Below are positions 24,267 through 36,451 of a stretch of DNA of 64,000 bases, in pieces. The stretch covers positions 1,033,017 through 1,097,016 of the forward strand of contig CAVUIM010000004.1 of assembly GCA_963741665.1 (NCBI GenBank), written 5' to 3'. The translations under genes were made by a program, and so were the position numbers. The stretch is from an uncultured Acidobacteriota bacterium. Lineage in GTDB: Bacteria; Acidobacteriota; Vicinamibacteria; Vicinamibacterales; UBA2999. A model generated the notes under the pieces. That model had not been told where the DNA came from. It ran no database searches and worked only from the letters and a program-made list of their open reading frames with translations. The stretch's first letter is position 1, and each line of letters begins with the position of its first letter.

Positions 24267-27167
24267 ATGGCACGTTGGAGCAGGACATTGCTCGCGCTCG
24301 CAGCCGCCGCGCTGCTGGCCGCCCCGAGCGCGTTCGCGCAGGGCGGTGGTGCGAGTTCGACCGGCAGTATTTCGGGAGAAGTCAAGGACGCGCAGGGCGG
24401 GGTGCTGCCCGGCGTCACCGTCACCGCCAGCAGCCCGGCGCAGATTGGCGAGCTGACGGCCGTGACCAACGAGGCGGGCATCTACCGCTTCCCGTCCGTG
24501 CCTCCCGGCGTCTACGCGCTGTCGTACGAGCTGGCCGGATTCGGACCCGTCAAGCGCGACGGCATCCGCATCACGCTGGGCTTCAACGCCCAGGTCAACG
24601 TGGAGCTCAGTGTCGCATCGCTCCAGGAGACGGTCACGGTCAGCGGCGAATCGCCGGTCATCGACACGACCGCCACCCGCATCCAGACCAACTTCGACTC
24701 GCAGCAGCTCGCGTCGTTGCCGAACGCCCGCGACATGTGGTCGCTGCTGGCGGCGACCCCGTCGGTCTCGCTCAACCGCGTCGACGTCGGCGGCGCCACG
24801 ATGGGCACCCAGACCACCTACTTCGCCTACGGCTACTCGGGCCAGAACCGGCCGCTCATCGAGGGCATCAACACGACCGAAGGCACCGCGGCGGCCGGCT
24901 TCTACCTCGACTACGGCTCCTTCGAAGAGGTGTTCATCGGCGCCGCCGGCAACTCGGCCGAGATGCCCAACCCCGGGGTGTTGACCCAGTTCGTCGGCAA
25001 GAGCGGCAGCAACCAGCTGCAGGCCAGCGGCTACTTCGACATCGAGGACGAGAGCATCCAGAGCCGCAACCTGGCGGCCGACCAGATCGTGCCCAACACC
25101 GCGATCCGCGCCGACGGCAACCGGCTGTCCAGCTACAAGAACCTCAACCTCGGCGTCGGCGGCCCGATCCTCCGCGACAAGATCTGGGGACGCTTCGACT
25201 ACCTGAACCAGCGCAATTCCGTGGCCGCGCCGCCCTCGGGCAGCTTTCTCGACGGCACGGCGTTCAACACCAAGCTGTTCAACTACACCGGCAAGGTGAC
25301 CTACCAGCTGAATCAGGCCAACAAGTTCGTCGCCTACCTGCAGCACGGCACCAAGCAGCAGCCCAACCGCACCGACATCAACACCGGCGGCGCGCCGACC
25401 CACATCACCGCTGATTCGACCACGGCGCAGGACTCGCCGAGCTGGGTCTACAAGGGCGAGTGGAACGGCACCATCGGCCAGAACCTGTTCGTCGAGGCCC
25501 GCGGCGGCCAGTTCGGCTACAACTTCGGCCTCGTCAGCAACACCACCGCCACCCGCTACGAGTCGCTCGACCGCAACCAGGTGCTCGGCGGCGGCCGCGA
25601 CTGGCTGAACAAGCGGCGCCGCGACCAGTACACGGTGGCGGCCAGCTATTTCAAGGACAACTTCCTCGGCGGCTCGCACAACGTGAAGGTCGGTGGCGAG
25701 TACCTGGACGAGACCGGCAACATCATCTGGAACCAGGGCTACGCCGACAACGTGATCCACTTCGTGCGCGGCGACCTGACCGGGCCGCTGTCGGGCGTCA
25801 CGCCCGACTCGGTGCGCCTCTACTACAACTCCGACAGCAAGAACCAGCTCGGCACGACCAGCCTGTTCGTCACCGATACGTGGCGGGTCGATCGGCTGAC
25901 GCTGAACGTCGGCGTCCGCTACGACCGCTACAACGCCGGGCTGCCGTCGCAGTCGCTGCCGGCCGGCCGCTTCACCGGCGCCGTCGACTACCCGGAACGT
26001 CCGGGCCTGGTGAAGTTCAACCACATCGTGCCGCGCATCGGCGCCACCTACGACATCCAGGGTGATGGCAAGACCGTGGTCAAGGCCAACTACGGCCGCT
26101 TCGCCTTCAACCCCGGTGTCAACCTGGCCGACGCGGTCAGCGAGAACACCTCGAACCAGTACGAGCTGTGGCCGTGGCAGGACCTGAACGGCGACCGCGC
26201 CTATCAGGACAACGAGAAGGTCGGCACCGTGCCGACGCAGAAGTTCGGCGGCCGGGCCAACACCTCGCTCGACCCGAACCTCGAGAACTCATACACCGAC
26301 GAGGCGTCGCTGTTCGTCGAGCGCCAGGTGATCAACGACCTCGGCGTCCGGGTCGGCTTCGTGTGGAAGAAGGACTCGAACGGCTGGCAGCAGCTCAACG
26401 CCGACCGTCCGTTCAGCGCTTACAACGTGCCGGTCACCATCTCGGAGCCCGGCCCGGACGGCAACCTCGCCACCGCGGCTGACAACACCCAGATCACGGT
26501 GTTCAACATCGACCGCACCAACCGCGCGGCGACCACCATCGTGCAGAACATCGACGGCTACGAGGGCACCTACAAGACGCTCGAGCTGTCGGCCAACAAG
26601 CGCTACTCGCAGCGCTGGTCGGCGCTGGCGTCGTTCTCCTACGTGTGGACGAACGAGTTCAACAACCAGTACTTCAGCAACCGGTTCTCGTCACTGGTGT
26701 CGCAGCAGTCGCTGTTCGGGCCCTACGGGCTGAACCCCAACGACCGCAACGACAACGAGTTCACCAACTGGAACGCCAAGCTCTCGGGCACGGTCGATGC
26801 CGGCTGGGGCGTGAACATCACCCCGGTGGTGAAGATGCAGAGCGGCGCGCCGTACGGGCGCTTCGCCAACATCCCGGCCTGCACCGCCGCCGTCACCGCC
26901 AACTGCCTGAACTACGGCAGCCAGCTGGTGCTGGTCGAGCCGATCGGCACGCGCCGTCAGGACACCGTGTCGGTGTTCGACGTCCGCGCCGAGAAGCAGT
27001 TCCGCTTCGCGACCAAGGCCCGCGTGGCCGTGTTCGCGGACCTGTTCAACATCATGAACTCGAACACCGCGGTGAACATCGCCTGGGTGTCGGGTGCGAC
27101 GTTCGACCGCGCCACCACGGTGCTCAACCCGCGCATCGCCAAGTTCGGCGTGAAGTTCGACTGGTAG
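24267..27167 (+). CDS. TonB-dependent outer-membrane receptor with N-terminal carboxypeptidase-regulatory-like domain
   Basis: AGGAGG RBS. Signal peptide MARWSRTLLALAAAALLAAPSAFAQ. The CarboxypepD_reg motif is GSISGEVKDAQGGVLPGVTVTASS...NEAGIYRFPSVPPGVYAL. 966 aa beta-barrel ending FGVKFDW (aromatic terminus). Confidence 0.9.
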   Translation: MARWSRTLLALAAAALLAAPSAFAQGGGASSTGSISGEVKDAQGGVLPGVTVTASSPAQIGELTAVTNEAGIYRFPSVPPGVYALSYELAGFGPVKRDGIRITLGFNAQVNVELSVASLQETVTVSGESPVIDTTATRIQTNFDSQQLASLPNARDMWSLLAATPSVSLNRVDVGGATMGTQTTYFAYGYSGQNRPLIEGINTTEGTAAAGFYLDYGSFEEVFIGAAGNSAEMPNPGVLTQFVGKSGSNQLQASGYFDIEDESIQSRNLAADQIVPNTAIRADGNRLSSYKNLNLGVGGPILRDKIWGRFDYLNQRNSVAAPPSGSFLDGTAFNTKLFNYTGKVTYQLNQANKFVAYLQHGTKQQPNRTDINTGGAPTHITADSTTAQDSPSWVYKGEWNGTIGQNLFVEARGGQFGYNFGLVSNTTATRYESLDRNQVLGGGRDWLNKRRRDQYTVAASYFKDNFLGGSHNVKVGGEYLDETGNIIWNQGYADNVIHFVRGDLTGPLSGVTPDSVRLYYNSDSKNQLGTTSLFVTDTWRVDRLTLNVGVRYDRYNAGLPSQSLPAGRFTGAVDYPERPGLVKFNHIVPRIGATYDIQGDGKTVVKANYGRFAFNPGVNLADAVSENTSNQYELWPWQDLNGDRAYQDNEKVGTVPTQKFGGRANTSLDPNLENSYTDEASLFVERQVINDLGVRVGFVWKKDSNGWQQLNADRPFSAYNVPVTISEPGPDGNLATAADNTQITVFNIDRTNRAATTIVQNIDGYEGTYKTLELSANKRYSQRWSALASFSYVWTNEFNNQYFSNRFSSLVSQQSLFGPYGLNPNDRNDNEFTNWNAKLSGTVDAGWGVNITPVVKMQSGAPYGRFANIPACTAAVTANCLNYGSQLVLVEPIGTRRQDTVSVFDVRAEKQFRFATKARVAVFADLFNIMNSNTAVNIAWVSGATFDRATTVLNPRIAKFGVKFDW

Positions 27168-27231
27168 GACTGATACCCGAACAGCGGCTCGGGGATAGCG
27201 CTCGCGGCTAGACCCGCCAACGTCACGGCTG

Positions 27232-27259
27232 AGGGCCCGGTGGACTGCCACCGGGCCCT
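27232..27259. terminator. bidirectional terminator-like hairpin between convergent genes
   Basis: Perfect 12 bp stem AGGGCCCGGTGG / CCACCGGGCCCT with loop ACTG, between stops 27167(+) and 27276(-). Confidence 0.6.
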
Positions 27260-27275
27260 TCGTCTGTACGGCGGG

Positions 27276-28051
<776 letters not shown>

Positions 28052-28055
<4 letters not shown>

Positions 28056-29191
28056 GAGGCCTGCCGCTCGACCGGCCGCTCGGCGGCGGCGCTACTGAAC
28101 GGGAGCCGCACCGTCACCTGCACCCCGCCGCCCTCGCGCGCCGCCACCGTCAGCGAGGCCGTCTCCGCGTGAAGCGCGCGCAGGCGGGCCCGGGTGTTCG
28201 ACAGGCCGACCCCGTGGCCGCCGGGCGCCGTGTCGCGCAGCCCGCGGCCGTCGTCGGCGACCCGCAGTACCAGCGCAGCGCCGTCGCGCCGGGCGGCGAT
28301 GTGCAGCGCGCCGCCGCCGGCGACCGGTGCCAGCCCGTGCCGGAGCGCGTTCTCGGCCAGGGGCTGCAGCACCAGGTTCGGCACCAGCGCGTCGAGCACC
28401 TCGGGGTCGACGTCGACCGTCACGCGCAACCGCGCCCCGAAATGCACCTGCTCGATGTCGAGGTACGCGCGCAGGAACTCGAGCTCCTGAGCGACGGTCA
28501 CTTCCTGCCGGCCGACGGTCGACAGGGTGACCCGCAGCATGTCGCTCAGCCGCTCGATCATCGCGTCGGCGCGATCGGGGTCGCGATGCACGAACGCCGA
28601 GATCGCGTGCAGGGTGTTGAACAGAAAGTGCGGATGGATCTGGCGGTGCAGGGCCTGGAGGTGCGCTTCGACCAGCCGCGTCTCGAGCCGGGCGGCGGCG
28701 ACCTCGCGCGTCCGCATCTCGCGGTGGTAGTCGACCGCGTGCTGCAGGCCGAGCAGCGCCCAGTAGATCGGCACGTGGAAGTCGATGGTGCGGAAGAACG
28801 CCTCGTAGACCGAGTCGGCCCACTGCGGCTCCAGGCCCCAGCGGCGTTGCAGCACGACTCGCGTCGTCGCCACCAGGACGACGAGGGCGCTGGCCAGCAC
28901 GATCGACGCCGTGGCGTGCACGGCCAGCGCGGCGCCGGTCCCGGCGCCGCCGATCCGGAAGCGCCGGCCGAGGACGAACACGGCGGCGGCGAGTACCGCC
29001 CAGCCGCACCAGGTCACCAGGCCGATGGCGAGCAGGTTGACGTAGGACAGCGCCGGTCCGGCCGGCAGCATCGTCCACCGCGACAGGCCGGTCGAGCGGG
29101 TGAATCCGAACGACAGCAGCGCCGCGAACGCCGCATAGCCGACGCCGATGAGCACCAGCCGGCGAATCGCAATCGGCCACGGCGGGCGCAT
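28052..29191 (-). CDS. LytS/YehU-type sensor histidine kinase (polytopic N-terminus, His_kinase plus HATPase_c)
   Basis: ORF 28052..29296, likely start MRPPWPIAIRRLVLIGVGY at 29191. QIHPHFLFNTLHAISAFV (phospho-His box of the PF06580 type) and the ATPase region ENALRHG...DDGRG...GVGLSNTRARL. Confidence 0.85.
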
Positions 29192-29364
29192 GCCGGCACT
29201 ATGCGGTGGCGCTCGCGACCGGTCAAGGCGGGATCGGCCGGACCGCGTCAGTTCGTCACGCGGGCGTGCCGTTGGTCCCAGCGCCGGCGAATTCAACGAC
29301 AGTACGTCAGCAACCAGTCGTCGTCGCCGGTGTCAGGGCCGCACCAGCGGGTCTCTGGGTCGGC

Positions 29365-30561
29365 TCATGGCACGGCCCGCGGCGTCACCCGGGCGCCATC
29401 GGCCAAGGCATCGGGCGGGAATACCACGACCTGGGCGCCGGCGCCGAGGCCGGAGGCGACTTCGGCGACTTCGCCGGTGCGGTGGCCGAGGCTGACCGCG
29501 GTGCGGCGGGCCCGGCCGTCGACCACGACGAACACCGCCCACTCGTCGCCGTTGCGGAAGAGGGCGCTCGTCGGCACCCGCAGCACGTCCTGGCCTTCCC
29601 ACAACACGACCCGCACCTCGACGCGATACGCATCGCCGAGCGCGGTCCACGCCTGGGCAGGATCCACCAGGTCGAGGACGACGTTGACGCGTTGCTCCTC
29701 GACACCGAGCGCCGAGACCTTGGTGAAGCCGGCCGGTTCGACCTGGCGGACGCGCGCCTCGAGCGTGCGATCGCCGCCCCACTGCTCGATCAGCGCGCGC
29801 GCCCCGGGCCGCACCTGGACGGCGTCGGCGGACAGCAGGTCGGCGACGATCTCGAGCCGCGACGGGTCGCCGATCTCGACCAGCGGCTCGCCCGCGGGCA
29901 CGATCGCCTCGCTCTCGCGCACCCGCTTCAAGACCACCCCGGCCACCGGCGCGACGACCACCACTGGACGTCCGGAAGCGGCGGCCGGAGCCGGCGCCAG
30001 CCGCACCTCCGCCCGTCGGAGCTCCGAGGCTGCCGCGTCGACGGCGAACGTCGCCGCCCGCACCACGCCGTCCGCCTGACGCACCTCGGCGTCGCGGGCG
30101 TCGAGTTCCTGGGCCGTCGCCAGTCCCGCCTGGGCGAGATCCCGCGTCCGCTGATGTTCGCGGCGGGCCTGAGCGAGCGCGTCGTCCGCCCGTCGCGCCT
30201 CGCTCTCGGCCCGGCCCAGAGCCGCGCGAGCCGCCGCGGCGGCGGCCTGCACTTCGGCGCGGGTCCGCGCATCGAGCAGCGGCGGCGATTCGGGCCGGAC
30301 CCGGGTCAGCACCTGACCGCGCCGCACCGCATCGCCGGCCTCGACGGCCACCCGCTCGACCCGTCCCATCACCGGCGCCGAGACCACATAGCGATCGAGG
30401 ACCCGGGTCTCCCCTTCCTCGTCGATGGTCACCACGAGCGGGCCGCGGGAGACCGCGGCGACGTCGACCGGCAGCGCGTCCGGCCACAGCGCCACGGCGA
30501 CAAGGGCGGCGACGGCGGCGCCGCCGAGGAACAGACGCACCAGGCGAGGACGGCTGGCCAC
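29365..30561 (-). CDS. HlyD/efflux periplasmic adaptor (membrane fusion protein) of tripartite ABC exporter
   Basis: Tail of ORF 29365..33051. The GTG at 30561 lies 2 nt after the permease stop. TM anchor LVRLFLGGAAVAALVAVALW, an Ala/Arg-rich coiled-coil hairpin, and a beta-barrel C-terminus. Confidence 0.85.
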   Translation of the reverse strand: MASRPRLVRLFLGGAAVAALVAVALWPDALPVDVAAVSRGPLVVTIDEEGETRVLDRYVVSAPVMGRVERVAVEAGDAVRRGQVLTRVRPESPPLLDARTRAEVQAAAAAARAALGRAESEARRADDALAQARREHQRTRDLAQAGLATAQELDARDAEVRQADGVVRAATFAVDAAASELRRAEVRLAPAPAAASGRPVVVVAPVAGVVLKRVRESEAIVPAGEPLVEIGDPSRLEIVADLLSADAVQVRPGARALIEQWGGDRTLEARVRQVEPAGFTKVSALGVEEQRVNVVLDLVDPAQAWTALGDAYRVEVRVVLWEGQDVLRVPTSALFRNGDEWAVFVVVDGRARRTAVSLGHRTGEVAEVASGLGAGAQVVVFPPDALADGARVTPRAVP

Positions 30562-30563
30562 GG

Positions 30564-32941
30564 CTACTCGCGGGTCTTCAGCACGGCAACCAGGTCCAGG
30601 CGGTCGATCCGGCGCCGCACCAGCCACGCCGACAGCAGTGCGGCGGCGACCACCGTGATCCACGCCCAGGCGACCGTCGCCGGCCGCACGACGAACGCCA
30701 GACGATAGACCTCGTTGTTGAAGCCGAACATGATCAGCTGGCCGAGGCCATAGCCGATTGCCGCCCCGATTGGCAGGGCGGCGATGGTCAGCACGGCCAG
30801 CTCGCCGAGCAGCACGCGCGAGACTTCGGCGCGGGTGAAGCCCAGCACCCGGAGACTGGCCAGTTCCCGCGCCCGTTCGGACAGCGACACCCGCGCCGCA
30901 TTGTAGACCACGCCCAAGGCGATGACCGCGGCGAAGGCGACGTTGAACCCGACCGACAGGTTCATGTTCTCGGCCATGGTCTCGCGGAAGTTGCGCAGCA
31001 TCACGTCGCGCAGCGCGACGCCGGCGACGGCGGGCATCGCCTTCACCCGGGCGTAGAACGCGCCGAGCGCCGCCGGGTCGACGGTGACGTGCGTCCCCGA
31101 CACCGTCGCGCCCTCGCGCAGCAGCCGCCGCAGCGCCGAGATCTCCAGATAGGCCTGCAGGCCCAGCGTGTCGTCGATCAGCCGGCTGACCACGTAGCGG
31201 CGGATCGGCCGGGCGCCCTCGAGGACTTCGAGCTGCACAGAGTCGCCTTCCCGCACACCCAGCACCTCGCCCAGCATCGCCGACAGGGCGAGGCCGTCGG
31301 CCGGCAACGTCAGCGCCCGGCCCCGCCGATCGACGACGCGATTCAGCCGCGGAGCGGTGGACGTGCCGGTGACGGCGAGCGTCCGCGAACGGTGGCCGGC
31401 ACGGAGGCGGACCGGGACGATTCGCACCTCCTCGACGTCCATGACCCCAGGCAGCCGCCGGACGGCATGCACGGCGGCCGACGAACGCGGCTGGACGAAG
31501 GTCAGCGTGGCGTCCTGCCGCATGATGCGCGCCAGCTGATCGTCGACCAGCACCCGCATGACGTCGATGAAGGCGAAGCCGACGAACAGCACGGCCACGG
31601 CCATGGCGACGCCGGCGACCGACAGGCCGGCCCGCACCGGCTGCCGCTCGAGGCTGCGGATGATCATGCGTGCGGTCAGCGACACGTGCCGCTGCACCCA
31701 TGGCCGCTCGATGACGCTGGCCGCGTAGCGCTGCGGCGGCTCCGGGCGCATCGCCTCGGCCGGCGGGATGCGGACGGCGCGACGCACCGCCGCCTGGGCC
31801 CCGAGGGCGCCGACCACGGCGCTGCCGCCGAGCGAGCCGGCGACGACGGCGACCGACAGGCGGAAGTCGAGTTCCGGAAAGCGGAAGAACGCGTTGTAGA
31901 GCCCGATCATCGCGCTGCCGAGCCACTGCCCGGCGACGACGCCGGCGGCGGCGCCGGTCAGCGCGATCGCCACCGCCCACTTGGTGTAGTGCCACGCCAG
32001 CGCGCGGTTGGAGTAGCCGAGGGCCTTCAACGCGGCGATCTGCGCCCGCTGCAGCGACAGCGCCCGGGTAAGCGCCACGTGCAGGATGAACGCGGCGACA
32101 GCGAGAAAGATGACCGGCGTCAGCAGTCCGAACATGCGCAGCTGGGCCAGCTCGTTGTCGAGGGTCCATGCCGACACCTGGAGGCGGCGCGGGATCGCGC
32201 CGAGTCCGCCGTACGGCGCGAGCAGACGATCGAGCGCGGCGATGGTGGCGTCGGCGGACGCACCGCGGGCGAGCCCGATCGCCACGTCGTTGAAGCCGCC
32301 CTCCATGTCGAACGCGGCGCCGAGCGCCTGGCGACCCATCCACAGAATCCCGAACCGGCGGCGGTCGGGGATCATCTCGCCGGCGCGCACCGCGTAGACG
32401 TATTCGGGTGACTGCGCGATGCCGACGATCGTCAGCCAGCGGCGCCGGCCGTTGATGATCGCCGCCACCCGATCGCCCGGTCCGAGGCCGTTGGCTTCGC
32501 AGAAGAGCTCGCTCGCCAACACTTCGTCGGGCCGAGCCGGGTCGATCCAGCGCCCGCGGCTGATCGACAGGTCGTTCAGGGCCGGGCGGCCACGGTCCGG
32601 GAGCGACACCAGCCGTCCGGTCGCCGGTTCGGCCAGTCCGGGAACGTCGAGGGTGACGTCGGCGACGACCCGGGTCGCGACGACGGCAACACCGGGCAGG
32701 GCCGCCAGGCGGCTCTCCAGCGCCAGCGGCGCCCGGGTGAGCCCGGCGAACACGTCGGCCAGGCGCTGACGCGCGAAGTAGCCGTCGCGCGAGCGTTGCA
32801 GCGAGTCGAAGTTCGACAGGTAGGTGACGAACATCGTCACGCCGGCGGCGACCACCGCGGCGATGGCCAGCGCCTGGCCCTTCATCTCCCAGAGATCGCG
32901 GACCAGCTTGCGATCGAGCGCCGACACCCCCCGCGGGAACC

Positions 32942-32945
<4 letters not shown>
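30564..32945 (-). CDS. ABC transporter permease with duplicated FtsX domains (DevC/MacB-like)
   Basis: 793 aa. [28 protein letters not shown]-terminus. Two FtsX modules ([15 protein letters not shown] and [15 protein letters not shown]). ATGA-type 4 nt overlap with the ATPase gene. Confidence 0.9.
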
Positions 32946-33658
<713 letters not shown>

Positions 33659-33739
33659 CCGCTCATCATCGCTCCGCGCGGCCGTGCCGTCACCTGCGTG
33701 ACGTGACGTGACGCGACGCGGCCGGGCCGGTCGATGCCG

Positions 33740-34127
33740 CTAGGGTGTCGCGGCGCCCGACGGCGGCGCGGCCGGCGGCGTGTCGTCACCCGCGACCCAG
33801 CTCGCGATGGCCTCCCGGCTCCAGCGATGCTCGTCGTTCAGGTGGACGATGAGCGCCGACAGCGTCAGCACCTTACGACACGCCTCGCCGGGGCACGGGC
33901 GCACCGTCCCATCCAGGCAGTCGAAGTACTCCTCCAAGTCCTTGGTCGGCCGGCGGCCCTCCATGTCGCCCGGCAGCCGGTACATCCCCTCGGTACGCGG
34001 CGCCAAGGGCACATGACGCGTGCCGGCCGTGGAAGTAGTCGCCGAACGCCTGTTCGGGACGCCGATCCGCGCCCGACCGGATGGCTGCAGCGAGCGCCTG
34101 TTCGATCTCGGGATTGCGTACCGGCAT
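33740..34127 (-). pseudogene. small (~125 aa) Cys/His-containing hypothetical protein, split by a +1 frameshift at a GTACC site (33979-33996)
   Basis: ORF 33873..34127 (MPVRNPEIEQALAAAIRSGADRRPEQAFGDYFHGRHASCALGAAY...) continues naturally into ORF 33740..34012 (...EGMYRLPGDMEGRRPTKDLEEYFDCLDGTVRPCPGEACRKVLTLSALIVHLNDEHRWSREAIASWV) if one C is removed. Confidence 0.5.
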
Positions 34128-34277
34128 CGGACTCCTCCCCGCAGGCGTCTCTACCCGCGCGGGAGAGACGCGTGCAAAGCAAAGGCCTCCGGCGACGCCC
34201 CATGAACGGGCGGCGCGGAGGCCTCGAGCGGGCGAACTGTCCGGCTGCGGAACGTCGGGTGTATCGCGAACGGACAG

Positions 34278-35048
34278 CTAGAACGGCTTGCCGAGCCGCT
34301 CCTGCAGCTTCTCGCGGTAGCCGCGGCTGAGGGTGAGCCGGGTGCCGTTCTGCAGGATCACGACGTACTCGCCGTTGAACCACGGCTGCAGTTCCTTGAT
34401 CCGGTCGCTGTTGACGATGCGCGAGCGATGGATGCGCACGAACCGGCGCGGGTCGAGCCGCGCCTCCATCCCGTTCATCGTCTCGCGGAACAGGTGCGAG
34501 TCCTCGCCCAGGTGCAGGCGCACGTAGTTGCCGGCGGCCTCGATCCACACGATGTCGTCGGTGCGCAGGAAGAACACGCGTCCGCCCGACTTGACCACCA
34601 GCCGATCGAGCCGCTGCGGCTCGGGCTTGATGTCCTGCACCAGCGCCATCAGCCGCTTGCCGAGGTCGCCGGCGCGGCGGCGTTCGACGTGGCCGCGGGC
34701 GTGCTGCAGCGTCTGCTGGAACCGGTCGCGGCCGAACGGCTTCAACAGGTAGTCGAGCGCGTGCACTTCGAACGCCTTCAGGGCGTATTCATCGTACGCG
34801 GTGACGAACACCACCGCCGGCATCTTCTCGGCGCCGACCTGCTGGATCACGCCGAAGCCGTCGCACGCCGGCATCTGCACGTCGAGGAACACGAGATCGG
34901 GCTGCTGATGCTGGATCGCCTCGATCGCCTGCTGGCCGTCGGCGCACTGGCCGATGAGCTCGATGTCCTTCTCCTGCTGCAGCAGGCCGACGATGCGCTC
35001 GCGGGCCATCGTCTCGTCGTCCACGACCATCGTCCGGATCTTGGTCAC
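34278..35048 (-). CDS. LytR/AlgR-family response regulator (REC plus LytTR)
   Basis: Tail of ORF 34278..36002. The GTG at 35048 overlaps the kinase stop (GTGA). MVVDDETMARERI...DLVFLDVQMPACDG...DYLLKPF...FVRIHRSRIVN. Paralog of 27276..28055. Confidence 0.9.
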   Translation of the reverse strand: MTKIRTMVVDDETMARERIVGLLQQEKDIELIGQCADGQQAIEAIQHQQPDLVFLDVQMPACDGFGVIQQVGAEKMPAVVFVTAYDEYALKAFEVHALDYLLKPFGRDRFQQTLQHARGHVERRRAGDLGKRLMALVQDIKPEPQRLDRLVVKSGGRVFFLRTDDIVWIEAAGNYVRLHLGEDSHLFRETMNGMEARLDPRRFVRIHRSRIVNSDRIKELQPWFNGEYVVILQNGTRLTLSRGYREKLQERLGKPF

Positions 35049-36193
35049 GCCACACCCTCCATGGCTTCGTTCTCGCGGGCTTCGGTTTCGCTGGCCTCGG
35101 TGGCCACGTCGTCGATCGGGATCGCAATCACCACCGACAGGCCGCCGCCGGCCGGCCGCCGCACCTCGAACCGCTGCTGGTCCCCGTAGAGATGCACCAG
35201 CCGCGACCGGGTGTTCGAGATCCCGACGCCGTGTTCGAGATCGGACAGCTTCGCCGCCGGGACGCCGACCCCGTCGTCCCGCACTTCCAGCTCGAGCACC
35301 GAGCCGCTGCGGGCCGCCCGCACCAGCACGTGACCCGGACCGATCCGCGGGCCGATGCCGTGCCTGATGGCGTTTTCGACGAGTGGTTGGAGCAAAAGGT
35401 TTGGAACCAGGCAGTCCAGGGCGTCGGGGGCGACGTCGAACGTCACGTCGAGCCGTTCCCGGAACCGCGCCTGCTCGATGGCAACGTACTTGCGCAGGAA
35501 GTCGAGCTCCTGCTCGAGCGACACCTCCTGCACGTCCAGCGTCTCGAACGACATCCGCAGCAGGTCGCCGAGCCGGGCGAGCATCGCGTCGGCGGCCTCG
35601 ACGTCGCGGTGCATCAGCGCCGAGACGGTGTTGAGGGTGTTGAAGAGGAAGTGCGGCTGGAGCTGACGCTGCAGGGTCTGCAACTGCGCCTCGATCAGAC
35701 GGGTCTCGAGCCGCGAGGCGCGCAGCGCCCGATCCTGGGCTTCGTAGTGGTAGCGCAGCGCGTGGCTGACCCCGACGATGGTCCAGTAGGTCATCGTCTC
35801 GTAGTCGAAGTTCAGGAAGAACATCCGCTGGAACTCCGAGCCCCACACGCCCGGCGATTCTCCGCCCCAGGTGTAGATCGCCGTCCGGCCGAGCATCACC
35901 AACGTGACGTGCGCCAGGGTGGCGGCGAAGACGCCGGCGACATGCACCGGGACGCTGCGCAGCCAGGTCTCGCGCTCGAACGGAAAGCGGCGCGCGAGCC
36001 ACAGGATGCCCGGGGTGAGCAGGGCCCAGCTGTACCAGTAGTTGAGGTTCAGCAGCAGCAGGAACGGGAACGACGCTTGGCCGCGCTGCGCGAACGTCGT
36101 CACGTAGTAGTAGGCGGTGAAGGCCGAGAAGAAGCCCAGCACCGTGGCGGCGCCGAAGATCAGGCGGAGGCGGAGGGCCCCGGAGCGAACCAT
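35045..36193 (-). CDS. LytS/YehU-type sensor histidine kinase
   Basis: ORF 35045..36379, likely start MVRSGALRLRLIFGAATVLGFF at 36193. QLQPHFLFNTLNTVSALM, ENAIRHG, DDGVG, GVGISNTRSRL. Paralog of 28052..29191. Confidence 0.85.
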   Translation of the reverse strand: MVRSGALRLRLIFGAATVLGFFSAFTAYYYVTTFAQRGQASFPFLLLLNLNYWYSWALLTPGILWLARRFPFERETWLRSVPVHVAGVFAATLAHVTLVMLGRTAIYTWGGESPGVWGSEFQRMFFLNFDYETMTYWTIVGVSHALRYHYEAQDRALRASRLETRLIEAQLQTLQRQLQPHFLFNTLNTVSALMHRDVEAADAMLARLGDLLRMSFETLDVQEVSLEQELDFLRKYVAIEQARFRERLDVTFDVAPDALDCLVPNLLLQPLVENAIRHGIGPRIGPGHVLVRAARSGSVLELEVRDDGVGVPAAKLSDLEHGVGISNTRSRLVHLYGDQQRFEVRRPAGGGLSVVIAIPIDDVATEASETEARENEAMEGVA

Positions 36194-36416
36194 GGATCTA
36201 CTATCGAGGCCCCATCCGGCGGGGTCAAGGCGCGGCGTGCGCGGCGAACGCAGCCCGCGATGCTCTTCGTCCCTGATGAGCGTGCTTTCGTCACTGATGA
36301 GACGTGTCACGCCACGCCCTGCCGGCGCCTCGCCCCTGCGGAAGCGAGCCACCGCGCGGCGCTCGATGTCGTGCAGCACGGGCCGTCCCTCTGCACGCGG
36401 TGTGCCGTACCGGACT

Positions 36417-36451
36417 GGGACTAGGGACTAGGGACCAGGGACCAGGGAGTC
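36417..36451 (+). repeat. heptanucleotide tandem array GGGACTA x2, GGGACCA x2, GGGAGTC
   Basis: Direct reading. It overlaps the last codons and stop (36428) of glgB on the opposite strand. Confidence 0.95.
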
